Positions 49,006-59,006 of a DNA stretch of 64,000 bases are shown here, one piece after another; position 1 is the first letter of the stretch, and the number at the start of each line of letters is the position of its first letter. The position numbers were made by a program, and so were the translations under genes. Origin of the DNA: a virus (taxonomy: Duplodnaviria; Caudoviricetes); the IMG/VR virus record IMGVR_UViG_3300002220_000674, positions 3,215 to 67,214 of that record. One strand, given 5' to 3'. Below the pieces are notes generated by a model, which was given only the letters and a program-made list of their open reading frames with translations, had not been told where the DNA came from and did no database searches.

Positions 49006-49050
49006 AAACCCTTGAATAAAAAAATCTTGTTCAAGGGTTTTTTGTTTTTT
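49006..49050 (+). terminator. intrinsic terminator
   Basis: AAACCCTTGAA/TTCAAGGGTTT followed by a T-tract. Confidence 0.8.
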
Positions 49051-49071
49051 TCTCGTTCTCAATTTTCTTTA

Positions 49072-49260
49072 TTCATCGAAAACACTTTTTTTCATCGAAA
49101 GTTGTCACTTTTTTACATCGAAAGCATTTTTTTATGTCAATGTGACAGTGCGTAAAAACCTTTAAAAATCAATACTTTACAACTCAAAAATATTATCATT
49201 CGTCGAAAAAATCAAAATTCGACGAATAAAGAAAGTCAAGAGTAGATGTCAATCTGACAT
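49072..49260. promoter_or_regulatory. cluster of paired TTCRWCGAA boxes and TGTCA motifs
   Basis: Pairs at 49072/49091 and 49199/49218, both 19 bp apart; GTTGTCACT at 49101. Confidence 0.6.
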
Positions 49261-49296
49261 ACCCAATAACATTAAACTTATAAGGAGATTAAAACT

Positions 49297-49626
49297 ATGC
49301 CTAGACCTAAGAAACAATTAAAAACAGTGGAGACAGTTAATAACAATTTAACCGTAATTAGTGACGTCACAGATGTAGAATTTATTGACAAGTATATGAT
49401 AACTAAAACTGATTTAACGACAGGTTATGTTTCAATGTCAAAATTTGGTAATGGTATCGTTTGCGACGATAGGATGATTGAAATTGAACATCCTAATGGA
49501 ACAATTTATGTGTTATCTATTCGTGTTGTTCATAAAGTTGACAAACCATCAACTCGTAAAGACAAACCAAAGCGTATGAGTTTAGAAGATCTTAAAAAGC
49601 AAATGGCAAAAACGCCAAAAAAGTAA
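49297..49626 (+). CDS. small basic hypothetical protein
   Basis: AAGGAG RBS; MPRPKK N-terminus. Confidence 0.7.
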   Translation: MPRPKKQLKTVETVNNNLTVISDVTDVEFIDKYMITKTDLTTGYVSMSKFGNGIVCDDRMIEIEHPNGTIYVLSIRVVHKVDKPSTRKDKPKRMSLEDLKKQMAKTPKK

Positions 49627-49633
49627 CCAATAT

Positions 49634-49676
49634 TGATAGAGATACAGTTTTATCGTATCTCTATCATATTTTTTTT
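49634..49676 (+). terminator. intrinsic terminator
   Basis: TGATAGAGATAC/GTATCTCTATCA followed by a T-rich tract. Confidence 0.8.
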
Positions 49677-50071
49677 AAAACCAGGATTTAAATTGGGATT
49701 TTTTTGAAAATAAGTTTTTAGTTTTCTAACTTTATTTTGGGGAGTTGGAAAATAGTATATTCTGAACTTTTTGAAAATTTTATATTAAACACCATTTTAT
49801 TTGGTTCTTATAGATATGCAATTTTCAAAGAATTTGTGGGCAACTTTTAATACATGAAAGGATTGGAAAAATGACAAATTGTGAAATATGTAAAACACCT
49901 TTGGTAAAAAAGCAGGTGTACGTTTTGGCAAAATAGTTACAAAATCCATATCCATTACAGATAATGTGGATAGATTGGGGGTGATTACGTATGTAAATAA
50001 AATAAAATTGATGTAAGAGCGTTAAACAAAATAGAGCAAGCACTCATTAGGAGGGTGAGTGCTTGCAGGTT

Positions 50072-50153
50072 TTCGACGAAAAGAAAAACTTTCGACGAAT
50101 AAGGAAGTTTGAGTGTGTCAGAAAGATGTCAGGTTGTCACTTTTTAGTGACAA
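50072..50153. promoter_or_regulatory. second copy of the paired TTCGACGAA element plus palindrome TTGTCACT-N4-AGTGACAA
   Basis: Boxes at 50072 and 50091; palindrome at 50134-50153. Confidence 0.6.
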
Positions 50154-50159
50154 GTTGAT

Positions 50160-50459
50160 ATGTTTTTAACACTAAAAAAAGTGGAGGTTAATATGTTTGT
50201 AATATTTGATTGTGGTTGTATTGGAATTAAACTGGAAGATATGATCATTTTATTAGATCCTTGTGATGCTAATGATTTTCATCAACAAAATCTGGAATTT
50301 AAACTATTGAAAAAAGATGATACTCGATATGGTGATTTGATCCAGAAAAATTTTAGAAAATTATCTCCTGTAATACAGGAAGAGTATGTGGAAAAAATAC
50401 AAGATTTAATTAACAAAGGGTATCGATTGGAATTAATTCGCCAACTTTTCAAAGAATAG
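50160..50459 (+). CDS. hypothetical protein
   Basis: Probable start at the ATG after GGAGG; CGCIG motif. Confidence 0.65.
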   Translation: MFLTLKKVEVNMFVIFDCGCIGIKLEDMIILLDPCDANDFHQQNLEFKLLKKDDTRYGDLIQKNFRKLSPVIQEEYVEKIQDLINKGYRLELIRQLFKE

Positions 50460-50568
50460 GATTAATGCCATGAGAATATTTGCTGTTGCTATTGCATTGT
50501 TTATTGTTCCAATCAATGCATGTTTGATTGGATTGGTCATATACTTTTTTGGATAAAGGAAAATAAAT

Positions 50569-51501
50569 ATGAAATGTAAATATTATCCCAATATAGAAGA
50601 TGGGCCAGTATGCGATTGTGGGTCTGATGTTTCAGGAACTTTTGTATGTACGAAAGAGTACTCCAAAACATGTCAATGGGCAATTGACAGAAAAAAACAA
50701 GAATTGAAATCATTAGAAATTGAAATATTGGATTATATACATGAAAATCAGCCCGAAATTTATTGGGATTATCGGGATCAATTGTCTAAAAAGCAAATCC
50801 TGAAAATTCTGCATAGCTCTGATGGAATTTATACATTAGAAGATGAAATATTGGTAAACAATATTGATTATATTTACGAGTTGGAAAATCAAACAATAGA
50901 AGAAGTTCATAAAGAATTTGATAAAAAAGTAGAACCTTTTATAGATATTATCGGGGATTTGGATAATTGGTGGGATTCAATACGACAAAACATCTGTGTT
51001 GGTTGGAATACAGAACAACTTATTAGAAATACACCTGATCTTGTGGTTTTAATTAAGGTTTATTCCAATTATGATTGTATTAATAGTTGGAATAATATTG
51101 GTGAATTGGAAAATTATCTTTCAGAAGTTTGGAAACGTGTGAAAATATGTTGCAACAAGCAAGACTATCTGAATGAATTTGCAAATACTTATACAGCAGA
51201 ACTTCTTTGTTTTGTCGGAAAAATGTCACTCGAAGATATATTGGAATTGAAAAAGAATATGACAGGGGGCAAAGCAACAAAGATAATGATTCCAAAAAAC
51301 ACTCAATATGGATTTTTTGGATCATGGCAAGGATCTGGATCTATGTTTGAAGCTGAAACAACAGAAGATTTCATATTGGAAAAACTTAATGAATATGATG
51401 ATTGGGGAATCACATTGGATATTGAACAGTCATATTCAATGCAATCAGTTTATGGTGATACAAGTTGGGTAAAAAATGTAAACTTTCAAATTGCAGGATA
51501 G
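50569..51501 (+). CDS. acidic hypothetical protein
   Basis: AAAGGA RBS; 310 aa. Confidence 0.75.
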   Translation: MKCKYYPNIEDGPVCDCGSDVSGTFVCTKEYSKTCQWAIDRKKQELKSLEIEILDYIHENQPEIYWDYRDQLSKKQILKILHSSDGIYTLEDEILVNNIDYIYELENQTIEEVHKEFDKKVEPFIDIIGDLDNWWDSIRQNICVGWNTEQLIRNTPDLVVLIKVYSNYDCINSWNNIGELENYLSEVWKRVKICCNKQDYLNEFANTYTAELLCFVGKMSLEDILELKKNMTGGKATKIMIPKNTQYGFFGSWQGSGSMFEAETTEDFILEKLNEYDDWGITLDIEQSYSMQSVYGDTSWVKNVNFQIAG

Positions 51502-51697
51502 GGGGATTTATGTATTCAAGTGCAGAAAGAATAGCATATTTACTAATGGATCTTGTTTTTAAACCAATGTTTGCCCCTGATTTTAGAAATGTTATACGCT
51601 GTTTAAATCAATTTGACAATATGGATGAACAGCAATTGGAAACTGCAAAAAAAGTTGCAACACTTTTATATGAAGAATGGAATAGGGAGGATAAAAT

Positions 51698-52336
51698 ATG
51701 AATACAACATATATTGGCATAGATTACAGCTTAGGAAGATCCAATTTTGATCCTGAAACAGGAATTCGATATGGATTAATTCATCATGGAACAGTGGGAC
51801 AATCTTGGTATGATGAATCTGATTGTCATTATTATTAACCTGATTCTGATAAAATAGACCAAGCTTTGGAAGAAAATGATAAAGAAGCATTACAGGCATT
51901 GTATGCAGATTTTGGGATCGAAGAAATATTCGAACCTGATACACATATTGAAGAAATGAATGAAATCTTATCTGAAAAGTTTTGGTATGTTTCTGAAAAG
52001 TTTTGGGATGTTGCGGAATGTTCTGAGTTTTTCATTGATAGAGATAATTTAAAAGCATTTCAAAGTGCAGATAGTACTGATATTTGGGTAATGAAAAGCC
52101 CGTTTTATACTTATGGGCAATTCTGTTCTCCTTGTGCACCAGGTGCTATCAATTTAGATAATCCTTTGGATTATATTAAAGAATATCTATATGGACTTGA
52201 ACTGAATTGGTATGCTGATGAAAACTTGCCACAAAACAACAAAGCCTATTGTTTTGATTCTTCATGGTTTGACGATGGAAAAGCACCATATCGGGTATTT
52301 CGAGTTGATAATAATGAAGAAGTTTTTCCAAACTGA
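51698..52336 (+). CDS. acidic hypothetical protein (true start upstream of the track call 51866)
   Basis: ATG 51698 behind GGGAGG is in frame and open (MNTTYIGIDYSLGRSNFDPETGIRYG..); FCSPCAPGA motif. Confidence 0.65.
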
Positions 52337-52453
52337 TACAGGGGGATCTACATGGATTGGGACACATTGATAAAGGATGTCATTGCAGTTATTGGCATCC
52401 TTTTAGGTTTAGTTGTCACTTTAATATTGTTAAATATTGCAATCGGGGGTTGA

Positions 52454-53108
52454 TATGAAAACAGAAACCAAAGAAGATAAATTCTATCGAATTGCAAAAG
52501 CATTTTATGATAAATTTGTAGAAAAAACATATGGGGAAATTGATTATGGAGTTGATGCAAATAATACAGAACAATTAGTAGTTGTCACTGATTGGAATAA
52601 AATTGACAATTCTGATAAATGGGAAAAGCTATTTGAATCTTTAGGGGCAGAAATTTGGTGGAGTGATCAATATGGTAGATGTGATCATTGTAGTAATTTA
52701 ATTGATATGCAGCCTATTCATTATGGTTGGGAACCTGATTATATCATTACGGAATATTCTTACATTTGCAGGGAATGCATTGAAACAAATTCAGATGATG
52801 TGGAAGATTGGTTTGAAGATTACATCTACAATTATCACAATGGATGCCATCATCCTGCTAAAGCCATTCCATCATGGGCAATCAAACTATTTGAAAAACA
52901 AGGATGGCAATGCTGGAGTGAGGACAATGAAGACTTATGCCATCGATATGAATCGGGCTGGTATCCCGGTCAAAATGATGATCCGGTTAGAAATTTTAAT
53001 GACATAATGAGTGTTGATACTAACTTGCAAGTTGTATTTGCAATCGATAATGTTGGTCAATTTGATGTCCATTGGCATATTTTAGTTAAACCAAAAATCG
53101 AAGATTAA
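52454..53108 (+). CDS. acidic hypothetical protein with Cys pairs
   Basis: Track ORF 52437..53108; start probably at MKTETK; ESGWYPGQNDDP motif. Confidence 0.65.
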
Positions 53109-53121
53109 GGAATTAAATAAA

Positions 53122-53409
53122 ATGCCAAAAAAATATGATGTTATTGATTGGGCTGATCTTATTGAACATGCCCAAAAACAAGGATTTCATTGGAATTATG
53201 CGCATGAATTAGTAAGAATTTTTCAAAGAGATGGTAAACCTTTTTTGCTTGGTTGTGGAGATATAATGGATTTAAATCCATTAGATGATCCATACATAAT
53301 GGATAGTATGAAACCGGATTTTGAAAAATATGATATGAATCAAATGGGTCGAGATATTGTTTATCATTTTATGCAAACATACAATTTAAAAGAAATGTTA
53401 ATCATTTAA
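53122..53409 (+). CDS. hypothetical protein
   Basis: AAGGA RBS. Confidence 0.65.
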   Translation: MPKKYDVIDWADLIEHAQKQGFHWNYAHELVRIFQRDGKPFLLGCGDIMDLNPLDDPYIMDSMKPDFEKYDMNQMGRDIVYHFMQTYNLKEMLII

Positions 53410-53464
53410 AAATCATAAAGCCCTTATTGATAGTTAATAGGGGCTTTAGAAAGGAAAAACAAAA

Positions 53465-53977
53465 ATGAGAACTACATTTAATAACTTGAAAGGCGATGAA
53501 GAAGCATACAAGAAAGCAATCAGGAATTTGGAAAGTGTTACAAGAGATATGGAATTCTATATGAAATTTGGGGATCAATCAGATAAATCAGATTTCATTG
53601 AAGAATTGCCTAATCATTGTGGTACTATTGATGAAGTGATTGAAGCATGTGAACAGTTTCAAAGTCTTGGACCATTTAGTGAATATGGATTGTGTTTTGA
53701 TTATGTGCATTCTAAAACATTCAATGATCAGGAAGAAGGATATTTCCGATATCAATTTTCTTGGGGTGGTCCTAGTACTGAACTCAGGTTATATAAAGAT
53801 TGGGCAGAATTTGTCTATATGGATTGGTTTAGTGGAATCGGCTTTGATGTATCCACTGAAGATTGGGTGGAATGGATAAAAGACTATATGACTGATATAG
53901 GGATGCTTGATTGGGATATGGCACAAGAACAGGAGGAAACATATGGATATGATTCTGAAGACGTTGATGAAAATTAA
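53465..53977 (+). CDS. highly acidic phage protein (FSWGGPS motif)
   Basis: 40 D/E against 13 K/R in 170 aa by hand count. Confidence 0.75.
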   Translation: MRTTFNNLKGDEEAYKKAIRNLESVTRDMEFYMKFGDQSDKSDFIEELPNHCGTIDEVIEACEQFQSLGPFSEYGLCFDYVHSKTFNDQEEGYFRYQFSWGGPSTELRLYKDWAEFVYMDWFSGIGFDVSTEDWVEWIKDYMTDIGMLDWDMAQEQEETYGYDSEDVDEN

Positions 53978-54090
53978 TGTAATCCTCATCCCATTATTTG
54001 TGATTGCTGTTATCATATCTTTATTAGTTTATATGTTTCAAGGAATGCCTGCATTTGATTATTCAATTTATGAAGTAAAGGGAGGTTTGC

Positions 54091-55227
54091 ATGGCAATTA
54101 AAAAAGAGCAGTACATTGAAGCAATTGAAGATATCAATAATCGGGAAATCTTTGAAGAAGAAATCCCGATTGATTTAACTATACAAAAATTCAAAAAGAT
54201 TATGTGTGAAGTTGCAACTTCTATTGATGATGAAGATGAAATCTCCAAAGAAACCGGAGAACTTATCATGGCATTGGGATATAAATTGCCAAGACCTCTT
54301 CACACATATACAAGAAAAAATCCTGAACCACTCCCTCAAATTGATGTTGCAACTGATATTGAATATAAATTGCTGCCTATTAATTGGGTATGGTTTTGGA
54401 ACGATGATAAATGGGTATTACAACAATATCCTGGCATACAATTGGCACAATATCCACAAGTCAGATTATTTTACATTCAAAATCCTAACAATATCTGTTT
54501 TTATGAAGCTGTTGGATCATCTTTAATTTTCAAATCTCATTTTAATGATATCAATGATGCCATCGGGGAATTTATGGCACATGTGGAAAATTTGAAAAGT
54601 TTGCCAAGATATGTTCATAAACTTATGAGAAAGAATTTAAAAAGAAGAACTCCAAAATATAGAAAGACCAAGATTCGCAAAGTCTTTTTGAAAACCAAAG
54701 ATGAAAATGGAAATATTGTATGGAAATTAGAAGAAGGACAACTGATAAAGGCAAGAGGGGGATGGAAAGATTTCATATTCTATCTGATTAAAAACAGTGA
54801 AAATGTTGCAACTATTGGAGAACTATTGATAATTGAAGCATTGTCAGGAGATATAATATTTGCCGGTACTGATAAAAAACGAATTGAACATGATTTTTAT
54901 ACCTATCTTGCAACACAAGATCCTGATGCATTCAAGCAAATAATTGGTAATTCCATAGAAAAAGATGGAGCAAGTCCATTTTATCCCGGTATCCATAAGT
55001 TTCAATCGTTGGAAAAAACTCAGGAAGATATAAAAAAAACAAGAAAAAGAACTGAGAAAGGGGTCAATGATCATATAGTGGAACTGATGGTAAAGAATCC
55101 TGAAATCACACCACAGGATGTATTTGATAAGTTGATTGACAGAGGATTTACTGGATTGAAACTGGCAAACATTAAAAATTACGTGTATCGACAACGTAAA
55201 ATTATAAGAAAGGTGGTTGGATTATGA
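54091..55227 (+). CDS. hypothetical protein with C-terminal HTH-like segment
   Basis: GGGAGG RBS; ITPQDVFDKL..LANIKNYVYRQRK. Confidence 0.7.
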   Translation: MAIKKEQYIEAIEDINNREIFEEEIPIDLTIQKFKKIMCEVATSIDDEDEISKETGELIMALGYKLPRPLHTYTRKNPEPLPQIDVATDIEYKLLPINWVWFWNDDKWVLQQYPGIQLAQYPQVRLFYIQNPNNICFYEAVGSSLIFKSHFNDINDAIGEFMAHVENLKSLPRYVHKLMRKNLKRRTPKYRKTKIRKVFLKTKDENGNIVWKLEEGQLIKARGGWKDFIFYLIKNSENVATIGELLIIEALSGDIIFAGTDKKRIEHDFYTYLATQDPDAFKQIIGNSIEKDGASPFYPGIHKFQSLEKTQEDIKKTRKRTEKGVNDHIVELMVKNPEITPQDVFDKLIDRGFTGLKLANIKNYVYRQRKIIRKVVGL

Positions 55228-55430
55228 AAGATATACTATGTGATATCTGTAAACAAGCAAATGAAACAGTTTATTTGCCAATTTATACCAGTGGGTCAGA
55301 AGGAACTTACCTTTGTATTGAGTGCAGAATTTTACTAGCAAATTATATCAATTCATTAAAACGAATAAGAAACAAAGGGTTCAAAGATGCATTCATTTTC
55401 ATGAAAAAAACCAAGGAGAATATAGTATGA
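55224..55430 (+). CDS. small zinc-finger protein
   Basis: CDIC..CIEC; ATGA overlap with the previous gene. Confidence 0.6.
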   Translation: MKDILCDICKQANETVYLPIYTSGSEGTYLCIECRILLANYINSLKRIRNKGFKDAFIFMKKTKENIV

Positions 55431-55765
55431 TGAAAAAATATGATGTGGAATACAGACAAAAAATGGAAACCACTTTGATGCAGGGTATCTGGATGCATAG
55501 ATGTCCTGTATGTTGGGATCGAAATGCAGATAATAATGGTTTTATTCCTGAAGAAAATGAATGGGTACATGCTGATGATTGCCCAAGAGCACCTGAAATT
55601 GCTTATGATGTAGATCTGATTGCTCGTACCTATCAATGGAATTGTCCTAAATGTGATGCATGGAATGAAGAAGATGCACAACATCAGGTTGTTTTTTGTG
55701 AAAATTGTAATTCTGAATTTCCAGTTAATGAATACTTTCACCCAAGAGAATTGGAAAGCATATAA
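55427..55765 (+). CDS. zinc-ribbon protein
   Basis: CPVC..H..DC and CPKC..CENC; AAGGAG RBS. Confidence 0.65.
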   Translation: MMKKYDVEYRQKMETTLMQGIWMHRCPVCWDRNADNNGFIPEENEWVHADDCPRAPEIAYDVDLIARTYQWNCPKCDAWNEEDAQHQVVFCENCNSEFPVNEYFHPRELESI

Positions 55766-56163
55766 TGTATGTCAAAATATTAAATAAACTTGCAACTAAA
55801 TATCTAACAATCACACAGAAAAAAGTCAGATTAAAAAGTGCAGGTAGTGGCAAGTATCTATCAAAAATATACAATGACCTTTTTGCAGTATATGATAACC
55901 AGATTTATTACCTTCCATTGAAAGGATCAATCCTGTTAGGACAACAAGTTCCTGAAAATGATATGTCTGCTTTAATTTACCAATTATTTAAACGATGTGA
56001 AACAGAAGGAATTGATATTTACAATAAAAAAAATGATATGAAAATCTTTGGATTTCTTATTGAGCTTAGTAATTCAGAAGCTACTTTTTATTACGCCAGA
56101 AAACCAGAACAATTAACCAAAGAAGAACAAAAAATATATGACAAATTAAGGAAATCAAAATGA
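55765..56163 (+). CDS. hypothetical protein
   Basis: Coupled to the previous gene. Confidence 0.6.
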   Translation: MYVKILNKLATKYLTITQKKVRLKSAGSGKYLSKIYNDLFAVYDNQIYYLPLKGSILLGQQVPENDMSALIYQLFKRCETEGIDIYNKKNDMKIFGFLIELSNSEATFYYARKPEQLTKEEQKIYDKLRKSK

Positions 56164-56287
56164 AAAAAATAAAACCTTTATATGGACCCCTTGTTTTACT
56201 TCCATTAATATTGGGTGTTTTCCTTTTTGGAATCGTTGTTGTTATTGGAAGATATCTAATTAACTTGTTTTTCTAAAGGAAATTAAA

Positions 56288-56545
56288 ATGAATAAACAAC
56301 CTTTTTATCATAGTATTTATTACAAAACGATACCTGATATCCAAACAAAAAATGAAATTATAAAGATAATCAAAAAAAGAGTACCAAAAGAATTTCACGA
56401 TGCAGTTGATTGTGAATTTGGTGAAATATTATTCACTTGTTATGAGGATAAAACAATAGAAATAGTAAATGAATTAAAAAAATTAAACTTACAAGATCTT
56501 TCATGGAATGAAGCAGAACCGGGTGATCCGGCAAACCTGATATAA
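56288..56545 (+). CDS. hypothetical protein
   Basis: AAAGGA RBS. Confidence 0.65.
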   Translation: MNKQPFYHSIYYKTIPDIQTKNEIIKIIKKRVPKEFHDAVDCEFGEILFTCYEDKTIEIVNELKKLNLQDLSWNEAEPGDPANLI

Positions 56546-56561
56546 CATAAGGAGATTAAAA

Positions 56562-56906
56562 ATGTATGATCATCATTTAAGAGATATGGCAAGAGATATC
56601 ACAGAAGAACTAAACGGGAAAAAAATAGATGATAATTATGATTTAATCTATGCAATTTTGGAAAAGTATTGGGCTGATAAAATTGCTGTTGTTTGGGCAA
56701 TTGAGGATATTTTTTATATAGTTGATAGATTAAACGAAAATCATATTGAAAAAAATGAACCAATTATAGAATTAACAGATGAAGAAGCAAAAGAAATCTT
56801 AAATATTGCATTAGAAGATATGGATTGTGAATATGGAATAACATGGGAAACTCTAGAAGACCTTCTTGAGACTTTTTTATATAAAAGAAGTAAAGAGAGG
56901 TTATGA
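56562..56906 (+). CDS. acidic hypothetical phage protein
   Basis: AAGGAG RBS; 30 D/E against 13 K/R by hand count. Confidence 0.7.
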   Translation: MYDHHLRDMARDITEELNGKKIDDNYDLIYAILEKYWADKIAVVWAIEDIFYIVDRLNENHIEKNEPIIELTDEEAKEILNIALEDMDCEYGITWETLEDLLETFLYKRSKERL

Positions 56907-58486
56907 TGAAATTCAAAGCTAATGCTGTATTGATTGATAAAGATATGATTGAACTGGACTTTGAAATAAAAAGTACAGACTTTTTCTTATATAAAGTCCA
57001 ATCCTTACCTTCAAAATATTATAACATGAAAACTAAAACATGGACAACTCCATGCAACAAGGTCACTGTTGAATACTTGAAAAAATGGGGATTCAAGTTA
57101 GATCCAAAAATTGTAAAACAGTTGCAACTAAAAGATGAACAACCTGAACTTATTGATCCTAAACTTTTATTACCATTACGAGATTATCAAAAAGAAAGTC
57201 TTGGTTTCATTGATAGTAGAAATGGCAGGGCTTTATTAGGCTTAGATGCTGGACTCGGAAAAAGTGCGGTTGCTTTGGGTTGGATGAAATATAGAAAAAA
57301 ATATCCAACTCTAATTGTATGTCCTGCCTCATTGAAACTGAATTGGGAAAACGAAGTTAAGAAATTTCTTGGTAAAGAAAGTGTTGTACTATATGGGTCG
57401 CCACAAAAATCGCAGCGATTAATTGGCGATATCATTATCATAAACTATGATATATTAAAAAAATGGGAAACTTTACTATTAAAAAAGAAATTTGAACTGA
57501 TGATAATAGATGAAAGTCAGGTCACAAAAAACAGTTCTGCACAAAGAACCAAAGCAGTATTGAAATTATCAGGTGCAATACCATGTGTTATTCCTATGTC
57601 TGCAACATCAGTTGAAAATGGGCCAATGGATCTATTCACCACTTTCAAAATCATTAATAAAAAACTGTTTCCAAATAAACATCAGTTTGGAATACGGTAT
57701 TGTGGTGCAGTTCATAATGGTTGGGGATGGAAATATCCGGGGGCAACTAACATTAAAGAACTTATAGATCTGTTAGGCGATGTAATGATCCGAAGAAAAA
57801 AGTCTGATGTTCTAAAAGAATTACCGGATAAAACAAGGGCCGTTGTACCGATAGAATTAGATAATAGAAAAGAATATGTCAAATGTGAAAATACTTTTCT
57901 GCAATGGTATCGTATGAATCAAGGCCAGAAGGTCAATGCAATGGCTAAGATGGAAGCATTGAAACAATTAACCAACAAAGGAAAGTTTAATCAGATTATT
58001 GAATGGATTGGAAATTATCTAGAATCAGGAAATAAACTGATTGTATTTGGAATTCATATTGATCAGGTTGAAAGTATTCATAAACAATTCAAACAATCTG
58101 TATTGTTATATGGAAAAATGAATTCTAAACAAAAACAAAAATCTGTAGATGATTTCCAAAATGATAAGAAAATCAGATTGATGGTGGCTAATATCAAATC
58201 AGGTGGGGTTGGATTAAACCTTACTGCTGCACCTGATACATGTACAATAGAACTTCCTTGGAATCCTGCAATATTAGAACAGGCAGAAAGCAGAGTACAT
58301 AGGATAGGGCAGACTGCTGATAAAGTAACCAATTATTATCTGATTGCACCGAGAACTATTGAAGAAGATATGATGAGTACCTTAGATGCCAAACAAAAAA
58401 TCATGGATAAAATTTTAGATGGAGTTGATACACCATCTGATGATTTATTAACTGTATTGATAAAGAAAATGAAGGATAGAAGATGA
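56903..58486 (+). CDS. SNF2-family helicase with N-terminal HARP-like domain
   Basis: LRDYQ; GLGKS; LIVCPASLKLNW; IIDESQ; GGVGLNLTAA; PWNP..QAESRVHRIGQ. Confidence 0.92.
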   Translation: MMKFKANAVLIDKDMIELDFEIKSTDFFLYKVQSLPSKYYNMKTKTWTTPCNKVTVEYLKKWGFKLDPKIVKQLQLKDEQPELIDPKLLLPLRDYQKESLGFIDSRNGRALLGLDAGLGKSAVALGWMKYRKKYPTLIVCPASLKLNWENEVKKFLGKESVVLYGSPQKSQRLIGDIIIINYDILKKWETLLLKKKFELMIIDESQVTKNSSAQRTKAVLKLSGAIPCVIPMSATSVENGPMDLFTTFKIINKKLFPNKHQFGIRYCGAVHNGWGWKYPGATNIKELIDLLGDVMIRRKKSDVLKELPDKTRAVVPIELDNRKEYVKCENTFLQWYRMNQGQKVNAMAKMEALKQLTNKGKFNQIIEWIGNYLESGNKLIVFGIHIDQVESIHKQFKQSVLLYGKMNSKQKQKSVDDFQNDKKIRLMVANIKSGGVGLNLTAAPDTCTIELPWNPAILEQAESRVHRIGQTADKVTNYYLIAPRTIEEDMMSTLDAKQKIMDKILDGVDTPSDDLLTVLIKKMKDRR

Positions 58487-58908
58487 AAAAGAAAAAAGAA
58501 AAACCCACACTTGGTACATTTGTTAATAATAAAAATACAGAAAAAGTAGCAAACTCTACTACCAAAACAGAAGTAAAACCTAAAAAAATAGTAAAATTTA
58601 CTATTCAAAATACAGAATCCAAACCCATAACAACTAAAAAGTTCACATTGAAAATTAATAACAAGTATTTTATAGAGTCAGACGGTACTTGTGTGTCTCT
58701 ATATCAAAAAACATGGTCAGAAAATACCAAAAAATTCATGGAAAAAAATATAGGGCATTTTTCAAATCTAAATCAAGCATGTGGTAGACTGTTGGAAGAG
58801 ATGTTGGCTGATAAAACCAAAACAGATCTGGAAGGGGTCAAAGGATTTTTATATGATATCGGTCAGGAGATCAAAAGAGCCATCACAGAGAACATCAAAT
58901 ATACCTAA
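58483..58908 (+). CDS. hypothetical protein
   Basis: ATGA-coupled to the helicase. Confidence 0.65.
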   Translation: MKKKKEKPTLGTFVNNKNTEKVANSTTKTEVKPKKIVKFTIQNTESKPITTKKFTLKINNKYFIESDGTCVSLYQKTWSENTKKFMEKNIGHFSNLNQACGRLLEEMLADKTKTDLEGVKGFLYDIGQEIKRAITENIKYT

Positions 58909-59006
58909 AATTTCAAAGCCAAATCAAAATCCTGAAGACTTTTTCCAAAGTCCATACCTTAACATACCTTTTCAAAAACATAGCCTTAAAATTGATGTGA
59001 CAGAAT

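Noticed and set aside
49871-50016. 21-codon ORF with A AAA AAG that could -1 shift into a 34-codon extension
   Set aside because: The product is unrecognisable and the RBS weak; it cannot be distinguished from chance or a decayed gene.
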